From an uncultured Pseudomonadota bacterium (GTDB lineage: Bacteria; Pseudomonadota; Gammaproteobacteria; Steroidobacterales; Steroidobacteraceae): a stretch of DNA of 64,000 nt. Shown one piece after another: positions 62,975 through 64,000 of this stretch. Position 1 is the stretch's first letter. The number at the start of each line of letters is the position of its first letter. The stretch lies in contig CAWCGL010000009.1 of the NCBI GenBank assembly GCA_963794975.1, forward strand, positions 174,023 to 238,022. The letters run 5' to 3'. Below the pieces are notes generated by a model. That model ran no database searches. It was not told the DNA's origin and was given only the letters and a program-made list of their open reading frames with translations. The position numbers and the translations under genes were made by a program.

Positions 62975-64000
62975 TCAGCTCGGGTCGTAGCAGGTCACGT
63001 TGATGGTCTGGCCCTGCTGGCCAGGGGTCACCGTGATCTCACGACGCACTTCGCGGTAACCCTCACGCGTGCCGATGACCGTATAGCGACCGGGTTTGAG
63101 CTCCACGTCGCGCCGCGAGAAACCGCCGAAGCTGCCGACCTCAGGGATGCTCACCTGCGTCAGGCCGTCGGACACCAGTGACAGGCGCACGGTCTTGTCC
63201 AGCTCCGGCAGCAGCGCCGAGACGCGCGCCATCTGCAGGCGCAGTGCCGGCCCGGGCGAGCTGACCGCCTGCGCGCTCTTCAGGGCGCTCTCCGCCTCCA
63301 TGCGCGCCGCGGGCGATGCCAGCCGATCCGGGCGGTCGATGAAGCCCTGCAGGGTGTCACTCAGGTCCAGCCGCGCCTGGGCACGCGCCTTGCCCTGCTG
63401 TGCGAACTCGAGCGCCGGGTTCTGCCGCAGCGCCGAATTGTAGGCAGCGAGGGCCTCGTCCCAGCGCTCATCGGCCTCCAGATCCTCGGCGCGGGTCTGC
63501 AGCGAGCCGAAGCCGCGGGAGTGCTCGGCGGCGTCGACGCGCTTGAGCCCATCGATGGCCTCGGCGCCGTCGGGGCGCAGGGTACGGGCGCGCTCGAACG
63601 CCGCGCGCGCCTCGCCCAGCCGTCCGGCACCCAGCGCCGCGAAACCCTCGCCCGCCGCTTTCGCATAGCGATCCTCGCCGAAGGCGGCATCGGTGCGCGC
63701 CGGCGCCGCCGCCGCTGGCGGCGGCTGTGCCTGGCTCGGCTGGGCTGCAGCGGCCAGCTGCCGCGCACGCGCCTGGCCCTCGAGCGCCCGCGCGTCCTGC
63801 GGGGCAATGCGCACGGCCAGGTCGTAGGCCTGCGCGGCCAGCGCCGCCTGCCCGGCCGCCACCGCCCGCTCGCCGGCGGCCAGTTCGGCGGCCAGTGCCG
63901 CCGGTGCGCCGGCCTCGACCGTGTCCAGAAGCTGATCGGCCTGCGCGAGGTGCTGGCGGGCGAGGTCCACGTTGCCGGTCGCCTGGGCGCCGCTCGCCTC
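62975..64000 (-). CDS. TPR-like/PEGA-domain protein, 5' end beyond window
   Basis: The frame is open to the window edge. It has Ala-rich helical repeats and a C-terminal beta domain (RLSLVSDGLTQVSIPEVGSFGG..VELKPGRYTVIGTREGYREVRREITVTPG) resembling PEGA domains. Confidence 0.6.
   Translation of the reverse strand, partial: EASGAQATGNVDLARQHLAQADQLLDTVEAGAPAALAAELAAGERAVAAGQAALAAQAYDLAVRIAPQDARALEGQARARQLAAAAQPSQAQPPPAAAAPARTDAAFGEDRYAKAAGEGFAALGAGRLGEARAAFERARTLRPDGAEAIDGLKRVDAAEHSRGFGSLQTRAEDLEADERWDEALAAYNSALRQNPALEFAQQGKARAQARLDLSDTLQGFIDRPDRLASPAARMEAESALKSAQAVSSPGPALRLQMARVSALLPELDKTVRLSLVSDGLTQVSIPEVGSFGGFSRRDVELKPGRYTVIGTREGYREVRREITVTPGQQGQTINVTCYDPS

Overview
This is a very GC-rich bacterial chromosomal segment. 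Gene content suggests a gammaproteobacterium of the Xanthomonadales/Lysobacterales type, but that is inference only. About 60 genes can be supported. I found no rRNA, CRISPR array, IS element, transposase or integrase.

Core housekeeping genes:
- cca (partial), uppP, and a folate cluster (folB-folK plus an SDR pteridine-reductase-like gene).
- tsaD divergent from the macromolecular-synthesis operon rpsU-yqeY-dnaG-rpoD.
- hrpB, an NfeD/slipin pair, a ygiQ radical-SAM gene, CBS plus CGL (reverse transsulfuration), and several secreted peptidases (S9, M13, M3, NlpC/P60).

Main observations:
1. A tRNA-Ile(CAU) gene (12204-12520) is split in its anticodon loop by a 244-nt ORF-less group I intron. 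It resembles the Azoarcus-type IC3 intron.
2. A bufferin-type RiPP locus (6-Cys secreted precursor, DUF692/MNIO oxidase, DUF2063 partner; 48361-50320). A second, roughly 90% identical precursor gene lies 24 kb away, next to DoxX and an ECF sigma/zinc anti-sigma pair (24608-26857).
3. A 1905-aa single-chain tandem-duplicated UvrA-like protein with four ABC ATPase modules (50640-56357).
4. An accessory-looking block (about 12.2-19.9 kb). It holds a BlaR1/BlaI-like pair with dyad operators, and a wHTH-P-loop-TPR regulator next to two promoters that share a 30-bp direct-repeat motif.
5. Candidate operators: an RcnR-type G-tract dyad upstream of rcnA, and a palindrome upstream of an RHH-led three-gene operon.
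6. Three strongly supported, and one tentative, single extra-base frameshifts that break otherwise well-conserved genes (folM-like, folK, namZ, and tentatively a small secreted protein). This looks more like assembly indel error than real decay.

Many long ORFs in the six-frame track are Arg/Ala/Gly/Pro-rich shadow ORFs opposite real genes, and I rejected them. All family assignments come from reading translations by eye and need HMM or BLAST confirmation.
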